DNA of 64,000 nt, taken from Eledone cirrhosa (taxonomy: Eukaryota). The stretch lies in the NCBI GenBank assembly GCA_964016885.1, contig OZ024740.1, positions 263,996,001 through 264,060,000 on the forward strand, given 5' to 3'. Made by a program: the position numbers and the translations under genes. Below the pieces are notes generated by a model. It did not search any database. It was given only the letters and a program-made list of their open reading frames with translations, and had not been told where the DNA came from. Of this stretch, positions 1 to 11,540 are shown piece after piece. Position 1 is the stretch's first letter; every line of letters starts with the position of its first letter.

Positions 1-16
1 TTATTGTTGTTATTAC

Positions 17-1032
17 TCTTTGAGTCTCAGTCATTGATGTTAGTTAACTGGAAAGTTTGTTGAAATAAATATCAAGCCACTACCTGCAGCCTCAGATATT
101 CAGGACGTATCGGAGGGTTCTTGCAGTTCCCAGCAAGCATGCCTTTTGAAGCGTTCCAAAAAGCATGAAGGGGCCAATTTTCTTTAACCATCCCTGGAAA
201 CTTTTTGAGATAGTCCCTAGTGCGCCTATGACAATCGGGATCACTTTGACTTCATGGCAGTACCAAATCCTTTTTACCTCCCATTTTAAGTCCTGATATC
301 AGTTAATATTCTCCCTCCCCTTCTCTTGCACTCTCGTGTCGAATGGCCGGGAAACATCCACAATCAGGCACGATCTTTTTTCTTTGTCCACAACCACCAG
401 GTCTGGTCTATTGTGTTCCAGTTTCTTGTCCGTCTGTATCCTAAAATCCCACAACACCTTCACCTGATCGTTTTCTATCACCGCCTCTGGCTTATGCTCA
501 TACCACTTCTCAGAATGTGGTAAATTGTTTACTTTGAATAGGTGCCAGTGGATCACCCTGCCCATCACATCATGTCTCCAGCCCTTATAGTGAGTCTGGG
601 CTAGGTGTTACACTCGGATACAATGTGAGCCATAGTCTCCTCTCTCTCTCCACAGATCCTGCACAGTGGGCTAGCCGCCTCCTTGTAAATATGGTGTTTC
701 AACCACTTCGTTTTGAGGGCCTGCTCCTGCGCAGCCATTAACATTCCTTCTGTAGCCTTTTTGAGGTCTCCTCTTCTCAACCAGTTCCATGTCTCTGGAT
801 CTCTAAATTCAGTTTTCTCAAAGAAGGTACTATGAAGGGATTTTTTCCTGTAGGCTGCTCTTTGTCCTTGATGTTATTTGCTCCTTGGACATCCCCTGGC
901 CTATTGTCCCCTCCTTCAGTACAGTTCTGAGCATTGGCTCCTTACTATCAGTCACGTATTTGTGTAGGTTGTTTTTCTCCCCATCTGAACTTAGTCCTCT
1001 ATGCTGATAAGACCTCTTCCACCCTCAGATCC
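17..1032 (-). mobile_element. 5'-truncated R4/Dong-clade non-LTR retrotransposon copy (C-terminal zinc knuckle/RLE region and 3' UTR)
   Basis: Near-identical to 1089-2101. ORF fragment 299..568 carries the RPDLVVVD...VD endonuclease motif, with frameshifts. A (TAA/CAA)n tail starts at the window edge and the truncated 5' end abuts the tail of the next copy. Confidence 0.9.
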
Positions 1033-1076
<44 letters not shown>

Positions 1077-1088
1077 GTTATTGTTATT
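1033..1088. repeat. (TAA)n microsatellite, tail/target of the R4/Dong elements
   Basis: Pure tta run ending in ttg variants, lying between two element copies. Confidence 0.95.
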
Positions 1089-1162
1089 CCTTGAATCTCA
1101 GTCATTGATGTTGGTTAACTGGAAAGTCCGTTGGATTGAATATCAAGCCACTACATGCAGCC

Positions 1163-4100
1163 TCAGATATTCAGGACGTATCGGAGGGTTCTTGCCGTTC
1201 CAAGCAAGCATGCCTTTTGAAGCGTTCCAAAAAGCGTGAAGGGGCCGATTTTCTTTAACCATCCCTGGAAACCTTTGGAGATAGTCCCCAGTGCGCCTAT
1301 GACAATCGGGATCACTTTGACTTCATGGCAGTTCCAAATCCTTTTCACCTCCCACTTTAGGTCCTGGTATCGGTTAATTTTCTCCCTCTCCTTCTCCTGC
1401 ACTCTCGTGTCGAACGGGCAGGCCACATCCACAGTCAGGCACGATCTTTTTTCTTTGTCCACAACCACCAGGTCAGGTCTATTGTGTTCCAGTTTTTTGT
1501 CCGTCTGTATCCTAAAATCCCACAGCACCTTCACCTGACTGTTCTCCATCACCGCCTCTGGCCTATGCTCATACCATTTCTCAGAATGTGGTAGATTGTT
1601 TACTTTGCACAGGTGCCAGTGGATCACCCTGCCCATCACATCGTGTCTCCAGCCCTTATAGTGGGTCTGGGCTAGGTGTTTACACTCGGACACAATGTGA
1701 GCCACAGTCTCCTCTCTCTCTCCACAGATCCTGCACAGTGGGCTAGCCTCCTCCTTGTAGATATGGTGCTTCAACCACTTCGTTTTGAGGGCCTGCTCCT
1801 GCGCAGCCATTAGCATTACTTCTGTAGCCTTTTTGAGGTCTCCTCTTCTCAACCAGTTCCATGTCTGTGGATCTCTAAATTCAGTTTTCTCAAAGAAGGT
1901 ACTATGAAGGGATTTTCCCTTAAGGCTGCTCTTCCTCCTTGATGTTATTTCCTCCTTGGATATCCCCTGGCCTACTGTCCCCTCCTTCAGTACAGCTCTG
2001 AGCATTGGCTCCTTACTATAGGTCACGTATTTGTATAGGTTGTTTTTCTCCATCTGAACACAGTCCTCTATGCTGATAAGACCTCTTCCACCCTCAGATC
2101 TCCTTAGGTAGAGTCTATCGACATCACTCCTCTTGTGGAACATGTTGTAGATAGTCAATAGCTTCCTAGTCTTCCTATCCATTTCTTTTTGTTCAGCAAC
2201 ATTCCATCTCAGAATTCCCGCACTGTACCTAATAATAGACACAGCTCGGGAATTTACTGCGCTTATGGCATTTCTGCTGTTCAGATGTGACTTCAATACG
2301 CTCCTTACTCTCCGAATGTATTCAGTTCTTAACAATTCCTTCATTTTTTTGTTCTTTATGCCATCAGCCTCCAGAACGCCCAAATACTTGTATCCTTCCT
2401 CAGAGTCAATTTCCTTTATCATCTCACCTGTTGGTATCTGGATCCCGTTACTTCTGCTCAACCTACCCCTCCTCATCACAATGACTCCACATTTACCAAT
2501 ACCAAACTGCATACATATATCACTGCTGAAAATACGGACAGTGTCAACAAGCACATCCAACTCCTTCTCACTTTTCCCGAAGAGCTTAAGATCGTCCATG
2601 AAGAGGAGGTGATTGATGGTAAGCTCTCCCCTTCCCAACTTGTATCCTGCTCTCACTTTTCGCAGCATAATGGTCAAGGGCATCAGGGCAAGGACAAACA
2701 ACAGAGGGGACAGGCTATCTCCCTGGAAGATACCTCTCTTGATCTTCACGCTTCCCAAGGATACTCCAGTTGATGTCAACTCTGTCTCCCAGGACCCCAT
2801 ACTCCTGCCCAGCAACTGTCTGATGTTATCTGCCACACTGAAGATCTCCAGGCTTTTGGTGATCCAGGAATGAGGCACCATGTCAAATGCCTTTCTGTAG
2901 TCTATCCATCCCATGGCAAGATCAGTGTGTCTCCTCCTGCAATTCCCCATTACCATCTTATCAATAAGCAACTGGTCCTTTGTACCACGTGACTTCTTTC
3001 GGCATCCTTTCTGTTCGTCCGGCAACAAGTTGTTTGTGTGGAGGTGATGGTAGATTTCCTCAGACACAATGCTCGTCAACAGTTTCCACATTACGGGCAG
3101 ACATGTGATAGGTCTATAGTTGGTAACATCATTACCCTTGATTCGGTCTTTCATTATCAGAACTGTGGTACCTTTTGTCAACCACTCTGGCACCTCACCC
3201 GACACCAAGCAGTCATTGAACATGGCCGTCAGCTTCGGGTGGAGGGATGTTAAATGTTTAATCCAATACCCCTGCACACCATCTGGGCCTGGTGATTTCC
3301 AGTTGGTTAGTTTTTTGGCTTGCCCCTTAAGAGTTTCAACTGTGATACTCAAATCAGTCTGTTGCTGTGCCTGCTCACCGATCTCCCTCTGTACTGTCTC
3401 AATCCACCCTGCCTGGGCATTGTGTCTAACATCCTGCTCCCATATTCCTCTCCAGAATGTTTTAGCTTGTTCCGCCCCAGGCATCAAGTCGTTGCCTCTT
3501 TCTTTCCCCTCAAGCTGTCCAAGCAGCATCTTCTGGTTGTTGTCGAACATGCGGTTCTGTTTATACTGACTGACTCTGTTCTCGTATCGCCTGATATTGG
3601 CACTCTTTGCTACAATGCGTTGCTTCAATTCCTCTATGATAATATTTAGCTTTTTACTCCTAGTTTTGTATTTTATTTCCAGTCTATTTTTAGTGCCTAT
3701 GTTTTTTAGTGTCCCATTCAGTAGTGACTCAAGCTTTCCTATGTCATTTCTCATTTCCCCGATTTGCCCACTCAGTCGCTTCTTCCACCACGGCTCTGCT
3801 CTTTCTTGTCTGTTGTTTCCTCTCGCTTTTATACCAAGTAGTTTCCTCACCGTATTTGCTGTTGCTTTGAGGATATTGTTGCACTGGTGAAGACTCCTCG
3901 CCTCAAGGTATGGGATGACTTTGTTTACCTTAGCTGTTGTTTCTTTTAACTTTTTCCTGTCTACAAATCTTAGGTTCATAGGTCTCCCACTATCATTGTT
4001 CAACTCATCTACCACTAAATTTAGGATGTCAACCGAATCTTGTCCTAGCCCGTCAGCATTCATCTCCTCAGTGGCCGTATCTCTGTTCCAGGTATTATTT

Positions 4101-4555
4101 ATCTCAGTATTCAGATCATTGTCTGCTTCGGGTGGTTCCTCCGTTCTCAGGACCTCCTCACCTTCATTTCCCGCCGGCTCGCTTGTCTGGCATACTACAC
4201 CCGCCATCTCCAAGCCATTCTCTCTGCTCAGTTCCTCCAGTTCCAGCTCGCTTATCCACCCATTAGTTCTTATTACCCGAGCCTGCCCGGCCAATTTTTG
4301 TTCATCTAATTTAAATAAACCAATCTCGTTCCAGATGTTATGCATCCGTCTCCTGTAGCCCCTCTCCTTGGGGTTACTTTTCAGGTAGCATTGCATAACA
4401 GTTCTATTCAATTCTTTCGTCCAGTTGGTTCTGGCCCCTTTCCTTCTTCTTCTTCCTCCAACATCAGCAGTATTTGGTTGACAGTCAGGTTCCTGCTGCT
4501 GAGCCAGGGGGCACCTGTTGGGTGAGAGTCTGTCACATGACGTTCTAGTCTCCAT
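1163..4555 (-). CDS. R4/Dong-type retrotransposon polyprotein: reverse transcriptase, CCHC zinc knuckle and restriction-like endonuclease (1130 aa, intact)
   Basis: KSPGPDG, NYRPITCL, WIDYRKAFDMVPH, GIFQGDSLSPLLF, HLLFMDDLKL, YKYLG, GGRGL, CRICGEREETVAHIVSEC, RHD, RPDLVVVD..TVDVACP..K..Y. Confidence 0.95.
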   Translation of the reverse strand: METRTSCDRLSPNRCPLAQQQEPDCQPNTADVGGRRRRKGARTNWTKELNRTVMQCYLKSNPKERGYRRRMHNIWNEIGLFKLDEQKLAGQARVIRTNGWISELELEELSRENGLEMAGVVCQTSEPAGNEGEEVLRTEEPPEADNDLNTEINNTWNRDTATEEMNADGLGQDSVDILNLVVDELNNDSGRPMNLRFVDRKKLKETTAKVNKVIPYLEARSLHQCNNILKATANTVRKLLGIKARGNNRQERAEPWWKKRLSGQIGEMRNDIGKLESLLNGTLKNIGTKNRLEIKYKTRSKKLNIIIEELKQRIVAKSANIRRYENRVSQYKQNRMFDNNQKMLLGQLEGKERGNDLMPGAEQAKTFWRGIWEQDVRHNAQAGWIETVQREIGEQAQQQTDLSITVETLKGQAKKLTNWKSPGPDGVQGYWIKHLTSLHPKLTAMFNDCLVSGEVPEWLTKGTTVLIMKDRIKGNDVTNYRPITCLPVMWKLLTSIVSEEIYHHLHTNNLLPDEQKGCRKKSRGTKDQLLIDKMVMGNCRRRHTDLAMGWIDYRKAFDMVPHSWITKSLEIFSVADNIRQLLGRSMGSWETELTSTGVSLGSVKIKRGIFQGDSLSPLLFVLALMPLTIMLRKVRAGYKLGRGELTINHLLFMDDLKLFGKSEKELDVLVDTVRIFSSDICMQFGIGKCGVIVMRRGRLSRSNGIQIPTGEMIKEIDSEEGYKYLGVLEADGIKNKKMKELLRTEYIRRVRSVLKSHLNSRNAISAVNSRAVSIIRYSAGILRWNVAEQKEMDRKTRKLLTIYNMFHKRSDVDRLYLRRSEGGRGLISIEDCVQMEKNNLYKYVTYSKEPMLRAVLKEGTVGQGISKEEITSRRKSSLKGKSLHSTFFEKTEFRDPQTWNWLRRGDLKKATEVMLMAAQEQALKTKWLKHHIYKEEASPLCRICGEREETVAHIVSECKHLAQTHYKGWRHDVMGRVIHWHLCKVNNLPHSEKWYEHRPEAVMENSQVKVLWDFRIQTDKKLEHNRPDLVVVDKEKRSCLTVDVACPFDTRVQEKEREKINRYQDLKWEVKRIWNCHEVKVIPIVIGALGTISKGFQGWLKKIGPFTLFGTLQKACLLGTARTLRYVLNI

Positions 4556-5128
4556 TTCACCGTTATTCGAACTGTTTATGTTCGATATTTAAACACTCTT
4601 ATCGAGGATTGGCGAATGTATGTTTACATAGCCATCTGTGGATCCGCCATCCCACTTGGCCCTTGTGTGGCATTATCACCACGCTGTATACGGACACACA
4701 TAAACAAACAAACACACGGGCAGAAAGGTCCCCAAAAATGAATAAGCATAAGTTTCATTGTAATGTAGTATTCGAATGTCTGACTTAGTTTTTGTTTTTT
4801 AAGTTTTACTTTTTCCCCCCTCTTCTCTGTCCGTCCGCCTGCTTCTCTCTTCATTCTTACTTTCTTTACGTTTTTGGGGTTTCTTTTTTTGTTTTTGTTT
4901 TTCTCTGTTTGTTTTTCTCGTTTTTTGCTGTTGTTGCTGTGCTGCTTTTGTTGTTTGTTTTTTCTTTTTTCTTTTGACTCTATCTATATATTTTGATGCC
5001 TTCCTCTTTGTTAGTAGTAGGAATTCTATAATGTGGAAGTGGCAGCCAGCAGAGACTGGCGGCGTTGGCGATACTGAGACAGTGGTGGTGGTGATGTCGA
5101 TACCGAGGCAGTGGTGGCGGTGATGCGA

Positions 5129-5769
5129 CCGTATTACTGTAGTGATGGTGCTGTAGCGGTGGCAGCAGCAGTGAAGGAGTCAAGGGGTGGTGGCGGCGGT
5201 GATGGGATAGTGGTGGTAATGATGGCCGTAGTGAGCGGTGGCGGTGAAGGTGAAAATGCTGTTGTGTTTAGTGTACACAGATGATGGGGTGGGTGGTGTA
5301 TCTAGTTTCTGGTGTTGGTGAGTTTCGCTGTCCTATATAGTGTAGCCAGAGGAGAGGAGGGGGGGGGGTTCTTCTTCTTCCATTTATAGCCATTTTATTT
5401 TTTTTGGATTTACAGTGTACAATACAAAGTTGAATATTTGAATATTTGAGCCGTATTACTGTAGTGATGGTGCTGTAGCGGTGGCAGCAGCAGTGAAGGA
5501 GTCAAGGGGTGGTGGCGGCGGTGATGGGATAGTGGTGGTAATGATGGCCGCAGTGAGCGGTGGCGGTGAAGGTGAAAATGCTGTTGTGTTTAGTGTACAC
5601 AGATGATGGGGTGGGTGGTGTATCTAGTTTCTGGTGTTGGTGAGTTTAGCTGTCCTATATAGTGTAGCCAGAGGAGAGGAGGGGGGGGGGTTCTTCTTCT
5701 TCCATTTATAGCCATTTTTTTTGGATATACAGTGTACAATACAAAGTTGAATATTTGAATATTTGAGCC
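5129..5769. repeat. Near-perfect tandem duplication (~320 bp x2) inside the retrotransposon 5' UTR
   Basis: ccgtattactgtagtgatgg...gaatatttgag starts at 5129 and again at 5451. Confidence 0.9.
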
Positions 5770-5930
5770 TTATAACAATATATTTTGGGTCCGAATTTTT
5801 TTGGGGCTCAAGCCGGGTGCTTTACGTAGCATTTGTACTAAGAGTTGTTATTTCACAAATGATTTAAATATGTTAAAAATTCAAAACTTACGGGAGCGAT
5901 TTCATGACCTCCGTCACCTCGTGCGTCTTC

Positions 5931-6015
<85 letters not shown>

Positions 6016-6021
6016 GTTGTT
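5931..6021. repeat. (TAA)n microsatellite between two R4/Dong copies
   Basis: Long tat/tta run. Confidence 0.95.
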
Positions 6022-9000
6022 CTTTGAGTCTCAGTCATAGATGTTATTTAACTGGAAAGTTTGTTGAAATGAATATCAAACCACTACCTGCAGCCTCAGA
6101 CATTCAGGACATATCGGAGGGTTCTTGCTGTTCCCAGCAAGTATGCATTTTGAAGTGTTCCATAAAGCAGGGCTGGACTAATCTTCTTTAACCATCATTG
6201 GAAACTCTTTGAGATAGTACCTACGGCGCCTATGACAATCGGGACAACCTTGATTTCATGGCAGTTCCAAATCCTTTTTAACTCCCACTTTAAATCATGA
6301 TATCGGTTAATTTTCTCCCTCTCCTTTTCTTGCAATCTCGTGTCAAATGAGCAGGCTACATCTACAATCAGCCACAATCTGTTTTCCTTGTCCCAAACAA
6401 ACAGGTCAGGCCTATTGTGTTCTAATTTCTTGTCCGTCTGTATCCTAAAACCCTATAGCACCTTCATCTGATCGTTTTCTATCACCGACTCTGTCTTATG
6501 CTCATGCAACATCTCAGTATGTGGTAAATTGTTTACTTTGCATAGATGCCAATGGATCACTCTGCCTATCACATCATGTCTCCAGCCTTTATAGTGAGTC
6601 CGTGCTAGGTGTTTACACTCGGATACAATGTGAGCCACATTCCCCTCTTTCTCTCCACAGATCCTTCACCTAGCTAGCGTCGTTCTTGTCAATATGGTGT
6701 TTCACTCACTTCGTTCTGAGGGCTTGCTCTTGGGCAGCCATTAGCATTCATTCAGTAGCCTTTTTAAGGTCTCCTCTTTTTAACCAGTTCCATGTCTGTG
6801 GATTTCTAAGAAGGTACTATGAAGGGATATTTCATGAAGGTTGCTCTTCCTCCTTGTTATTTCCTCCTTGGACATCCCCTGGTCTATTGTCGTCTCCATC
6901 AGTACAATTTTGAGCATTGGCTTCCTACAGTCAGTCACACATTTTTGCAGGTTGTTTTTCTTCATCTGAACACAGTCCTCTATGCTGATAAGACCTCTTC
7001 CACCTTCAGATATCTTTAAGTAGGGTCCATCGACATCACTCCTCTTGTGGAACATGTTGTAGATAGTCATTAGCTTCCTAGTCTTCCTATTCATTTCTTT
7101 TTGTTCAGCAACATTCCATTTCAGAATTCCCTCACTGTATCTAATAATAGACACAGCTCGGGAATTTACTGCACTTATGACATTCCTACTATTTAGATGT
7201 GATTTTAATACGTTCCTTACTCTCCTTATGTATTCAGATCTTATCATTTCCTTCATTTTTTGTTCTTGATGTCATCTGCCTCCAGAACACCTAAATATGT
7301 GTATCCCTCTTCAGTGTCAATTTCTTTTATCATCTCACCTGTAGTTACCTGGATTCCGTTGCTTCTGCTCAATTTACCCCTCCTCATCACTAGGTCTCCA
7401 TATGTATTAACACCAAATTCCATACATATATCATTGCTGAAAATACGGACATTATCACCAAGTACATCCAACTACTTCTCACTCTTCCCAAAGAGTTTAA
7501 GATCGTCCATGAACAGGAGCTGCTTGATAGTAAGCTCTCCTTTTTCCAACTTGTATCCTGCTCTAACTTTTCGTAATATTACGGACAGGGGTATCAGGGC
7601 AAGGAGAAACAACAAAGGGGACACAATATTTCCCTGGAAGATACTTCTCTTGATCTTCGCACCTCCCAAGGATTTTCCACCTGATGTTAACTCTATTTCC
7701 CAAGACTTCATACTTTTCCTCTATAGCTGTCTATTATCTGCCACCTTGAAGATCTCTAGGCTTTTGGTTATCCAAGAATGAGGTACCATGTCGAATGCCT
7801 TTTTGTAAACTATCCATCCCATGGCAAAACCAGTGTGTCTCCTCTTTCAATTCCTCATTACCATCTTATCAATAAGTAACTGGTCTTGTGTACCACGGGA
7901 CTTCTTTTCGCTTCCTTTCTATTCGTCCGGTAACAAGTTGTTTGTATGGAGGTGATGGTAGATTTCCTCAGACAATGCTTGTTAACAATTTCCACATTAC
8001 GGACAGACATGTGACAGGCCTATAGTTGGTAACATCATTACCCTTGATTCGGTCTTTCATTACCAGAACTGTGGTACCTATTTTTTTGTCAACCACTCTG
8101 GCACTTCACCCGACATCAAGCAGTCATTGAACATGAGTGTCAGTTTTGGGTGGAGGGATGTTATATTTTTAATCCAATACCCCTGCACACCATCTGGGCC
8201 TGGTGATTTCCAGTTGGTTAGATTTTTGGTCTGCCCTTTAAGAGTTTTAACTGTGATACTCAAATCAGGTTTTTGGTGTGCCTGTTCACTGATCTCCTTT
8301 TGTACTGTCTCAATCCACACTACCTGACTATTATGTCCAACATGCTGCTCCCATATTCCTCTCCAGATTGTCTTAGTCTGTTCCGTCTCAGGAACCACGT
8401 CGTGCCTCTTTCTTTCCCTTCAAATTGTCAATAACATCTTCCGGTTGTTGTCAAACATACGGTTCTGTCTCTACTGACTAACTCAGTTCTCATATCGCCT
8501 AATCTTCGCTCTTTTTGCTACAATGCGTTGCTTCAGTTCCTCTATGATAATATTTAGCTCTTTTCCCCAAGTTTTCTATTTTATTTTCAATCTATTTTTA
8601 GTGTCTATGTTTTGTAATGTCCCATTCAGTAAAGACACAAGCTTACCAATGTCTTTTTTCATTTCCTTGATTTGTCCATTCAGTCGTTTTTTCCAACTAG
8701 ATTCTCATCTTTCTAGTCTATTGTTTCCTTTAGTTTTTATACCAAGTAATTTCCTCGCCTCATTTGTGGTTGCTTTGATGATATTGTTGCATTGGTGAAG
8801 GTTTCTCGCCTCAATGTATGGGATGACCGTTTTCACCTTAGCTGTGTTTTTAAAAACTTTTTCCTGTCTACAAATCTTAGGTTCATAGGTCTGCCAATAT
8901 CATTGTTCAATTCATCTACCACTAAGTTTAGGATATCTACCAGATTTTGCCCTAGCCCGTCAGCATTCATTTCCTCAATGGCCGTATCTTTGTTCCAGAT

Positions 9001-10720
9001 GTTATTTATTTCAGCATTCAGATCATTTTCTGCTTCGGATGCTTCCTCAGGTCTCTCAACCTCTTCACCTTCATTTCCCACTGGCTCGTTTGCCTGATAT
9101 ACTCCACTCACCATTTCCAACTTAATCTCTCTGCTCAGTTCCTCCAGTTCCAACTCGCTTATCCATTAGTTATTATTATCCGAGCCTGTCCGGCCAATTT
9201 GTGTTCACCTAATTTGAATAGACCAATCTCGTTCCAGATGTTATGCATCCGTTTCCTATAGCCTTTATACATGGGGTTACTCTTCAGGTAACTTTTCGTG
9301 ACAGTTCTATTCAATTCTTTCGTCCAGTTGATTATTGTCCTATTCCTTCTTCTTCTTCCAACACCAGCAGTATTTGGATGACAGCCAGGTCCCTGCTGCT
9401 GGGCCAGGGGGCACTTGCTGGGTGAGAGTCTTTCACATGACGTTCCAGTCTCCTTTTCACCGTTATTCGAAATGTTTAGGTTCGACATTGAAACACTCAT
9501 ATCGAGGATTGGTGAATGTATCGTTACATAACCACCGGTGATTTCAACATCACCGGTGATTTCATCACCACCTGTGATTTTAGCGTGGCACCATCACGTT
9601 TTAGACGCAAAAAATTAATAAACATATAAATAAATAAAAACATAAAAAAATAAACATAAGTTTCATTGTAATGTTTGAATGTCAGATTTTTTTTTTTTTT
9701 CGTTTTGTTTTTCAAGGCCACTAACATCGGTTACTAGGGATGTTGTTGCTGCTGCTGCTGTTTTTGATTTTAGCTACGCTAAGCACGTAGTCATAGCAAC
9801 GTGGGAGGTAGAAGGTGTTGCATTCAAAACCTTTGAAATTTGTTTTTCTTTTGATGTTGCGTTTGTCTTGTCTGTGTTCTGTTCTGTAATGTTTCGACTT
9901 GTTGGTTATAATTATTATTATTATTTGAGGGCGGATTGGCAGTATCGGTAGAGGGTAGGACGCCATGCTTTCCAGCATAGTTACGTCTCTTTACGATCCG
10001 AGTTCAAATCCCGCCGAGGTTGACTTTGCCTTTCATCCTTACGGGGTCGATAAAATAAAGTACCAGTAATACACTGGTGAATTGCTGGCCTTGTCCCTAA
10101 AGTAGAAACAATTATCATTATTATTTGACATTTGTTTAAACTAAACATTTTGAGAGAGTCTAGAGATACAACGACAATAATTATTATGGTGTTGTTTTTG
10201 GCTATGTTTGACCGGGTCACTAAATTAGTCTATTTATATCTTTGGTAACTTCTTCGTTTCTAGTCATGTGTAGTGGCACTACGACCTTCTCTCTCTTAAC
10301 TGGAGGTAGTGAGGTAATTGTGGTTGTAGGAAGGATGGAGTTGTGACTGTGGTGATGGGGTAGTAGTACTGTAGTGATGGTGTTGTTGCTGCTGTTGGTT
10401 TGTATCTAACTAAATGTTGTGGTTGTGGTGGCGGCGGCGGTGATGGTGGTGTTGGTGGTGAAATTATTTGGCTGTTGTTTTCTTCCATTTGTGACAATTT
10501 GTAACCGTTTTCTTTTTTAACTATAACATTTCTGATACATAATTAAATATTTGAGCCATATGCCAGGCTGTCATGTGTCGTCACTTCCTGAGAGTTAAGA
10601 CTGGTGTCTTATGTCCCATTTGTAATAAGAATAATTCTATCACAATTGTTTTAAATATGTAAAAAATCAAAAACTTTCGGGAGCGATTCCATAACACTCC
10701 ATCCACCACCTGCGTATTCT
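6022..10720 (-). mobile_element. Degenerate full-length R4/Dong-clade element (older, frameshifted copy)
   Basis: Collinear ORF fragments 9159..9500, 8833..9153, 8078..8398, 7472..7711, 7253..7471, 6780..7256, 6453..6638 and 6195..6377 match the 1130-aa ORF. 5' UTR blocks are shared with the intact copy. Confidence 0.9.
9929..10112 (+). mobile_element. tRNA-derived SINE inserted in the Dong 5' UTR
   Basis: Pol III A-box-like tggcagtatcgg, B-box gagttcaaatcc and body gactttgcctttcatccttacggggtcgataaaataaagtaccag. TSD aattat(t/c)attattatttga. Further copies at 35080, 42343 and 52145. Confidence 0.85.
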
Positions 10721-10802
10721 TGAGTGAAGCCGTGTTATTGTGAGCTCTGCAAGGTAGTGTATTTTCAAAACTTTTCCTTCGTATTAATTGTTATATTCCT
10801 TT

Positions 10803-11540
10803 AGAAAAGGGGTTGTAAGACTTCCATCTGTGTACTGTGAAAGGGATACTTTTGGCCCAAATATTTGAACTTTGTACGTTTCTATTGCTTATCGTTTAAG
10901 AAATGGACTACACATACGCTCATTATTACGTCTACCGTCTTGGGATGGCGACGTAAAAGTTGAGAGAAGGGATAACACAACAAACACGGGACCATTTTTG
11001 ACACAAAAAATAACAATTACAGACACGACATTCAACAACAAAACTAGCAACACCAAAGTAAGTAACATGAACAACGACGGCTTAACAGCCAGAAAGAAAC
11101 ATGCGAGGAGAGCAATGACAAAAACAAATCCAAGAGTGACAACGTAACTAAAAACAACAGCACCAACACCAGCAAATAGATCAACAAAAATTGCACCAAG
11201 AGCAACACCAACACCAATTACAACAGCGACAACAACAACACTAACTCCAACTAGAACAGCAACAACAAAACTAACATCAACGAAAATAAAGGTAATGGAC
11301 CACAAGCTTGGATGTAACAGTAAATCTGCAACAATTAAGTTCAGGAACTTTACTCGGTACCTGCAAACTCACCCTATGAGAAGGCGGTTACATCTACTAC
11401 TGGAACGTAGTAAGAAAAGAGATTCAGATACTAATATGTTTGCTGGTATTACAAAAGGTTCGTTACACGTGGCCAGTGACATATCCTTATGATTGCATAA
11501 CTTCACCTATGATGGTAGGGGCATCTGATGAAGTCACATG
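10803..11540 (+). pseudogene. Possible decayed coding segment: Thr-rich linker followed by a DM13-like 'LHNFTYDGRG' motif
   Basis: ORFs 10872..11147 and 11295..11492 share one frame broken by a single stop. NFTYDG follows in frame after another stop. Confidence 0.25.

Larger units (their letters stand above)
1089..5930 (-). mobile_element. Full-length R4/Dong-clade (RLE) non-LTR retrotransposon with a ~1.4 kb 5' UTR
   Basis: Single intact ORF, short 3' UTR and (TAA)n on both sides. The 5' end is defined by homology of ~5835-5930 with ~10620-10720 of the next copy (aaaact(t)cgggagcgatt...tgcgt). Confidence 0.9.

Noticed and set aside
934-4525. Plus-strand ORFs overlapping the R4/Dong element
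   Set aside because: Antisense shadows of the retrotransposon ORF with no independent motifs.
9929-10020. tRNA gene
   Set aside because: A/B boxes are present, but there is no proper cloverleaf. It is followed by a SINE body and flanked by TSDs.
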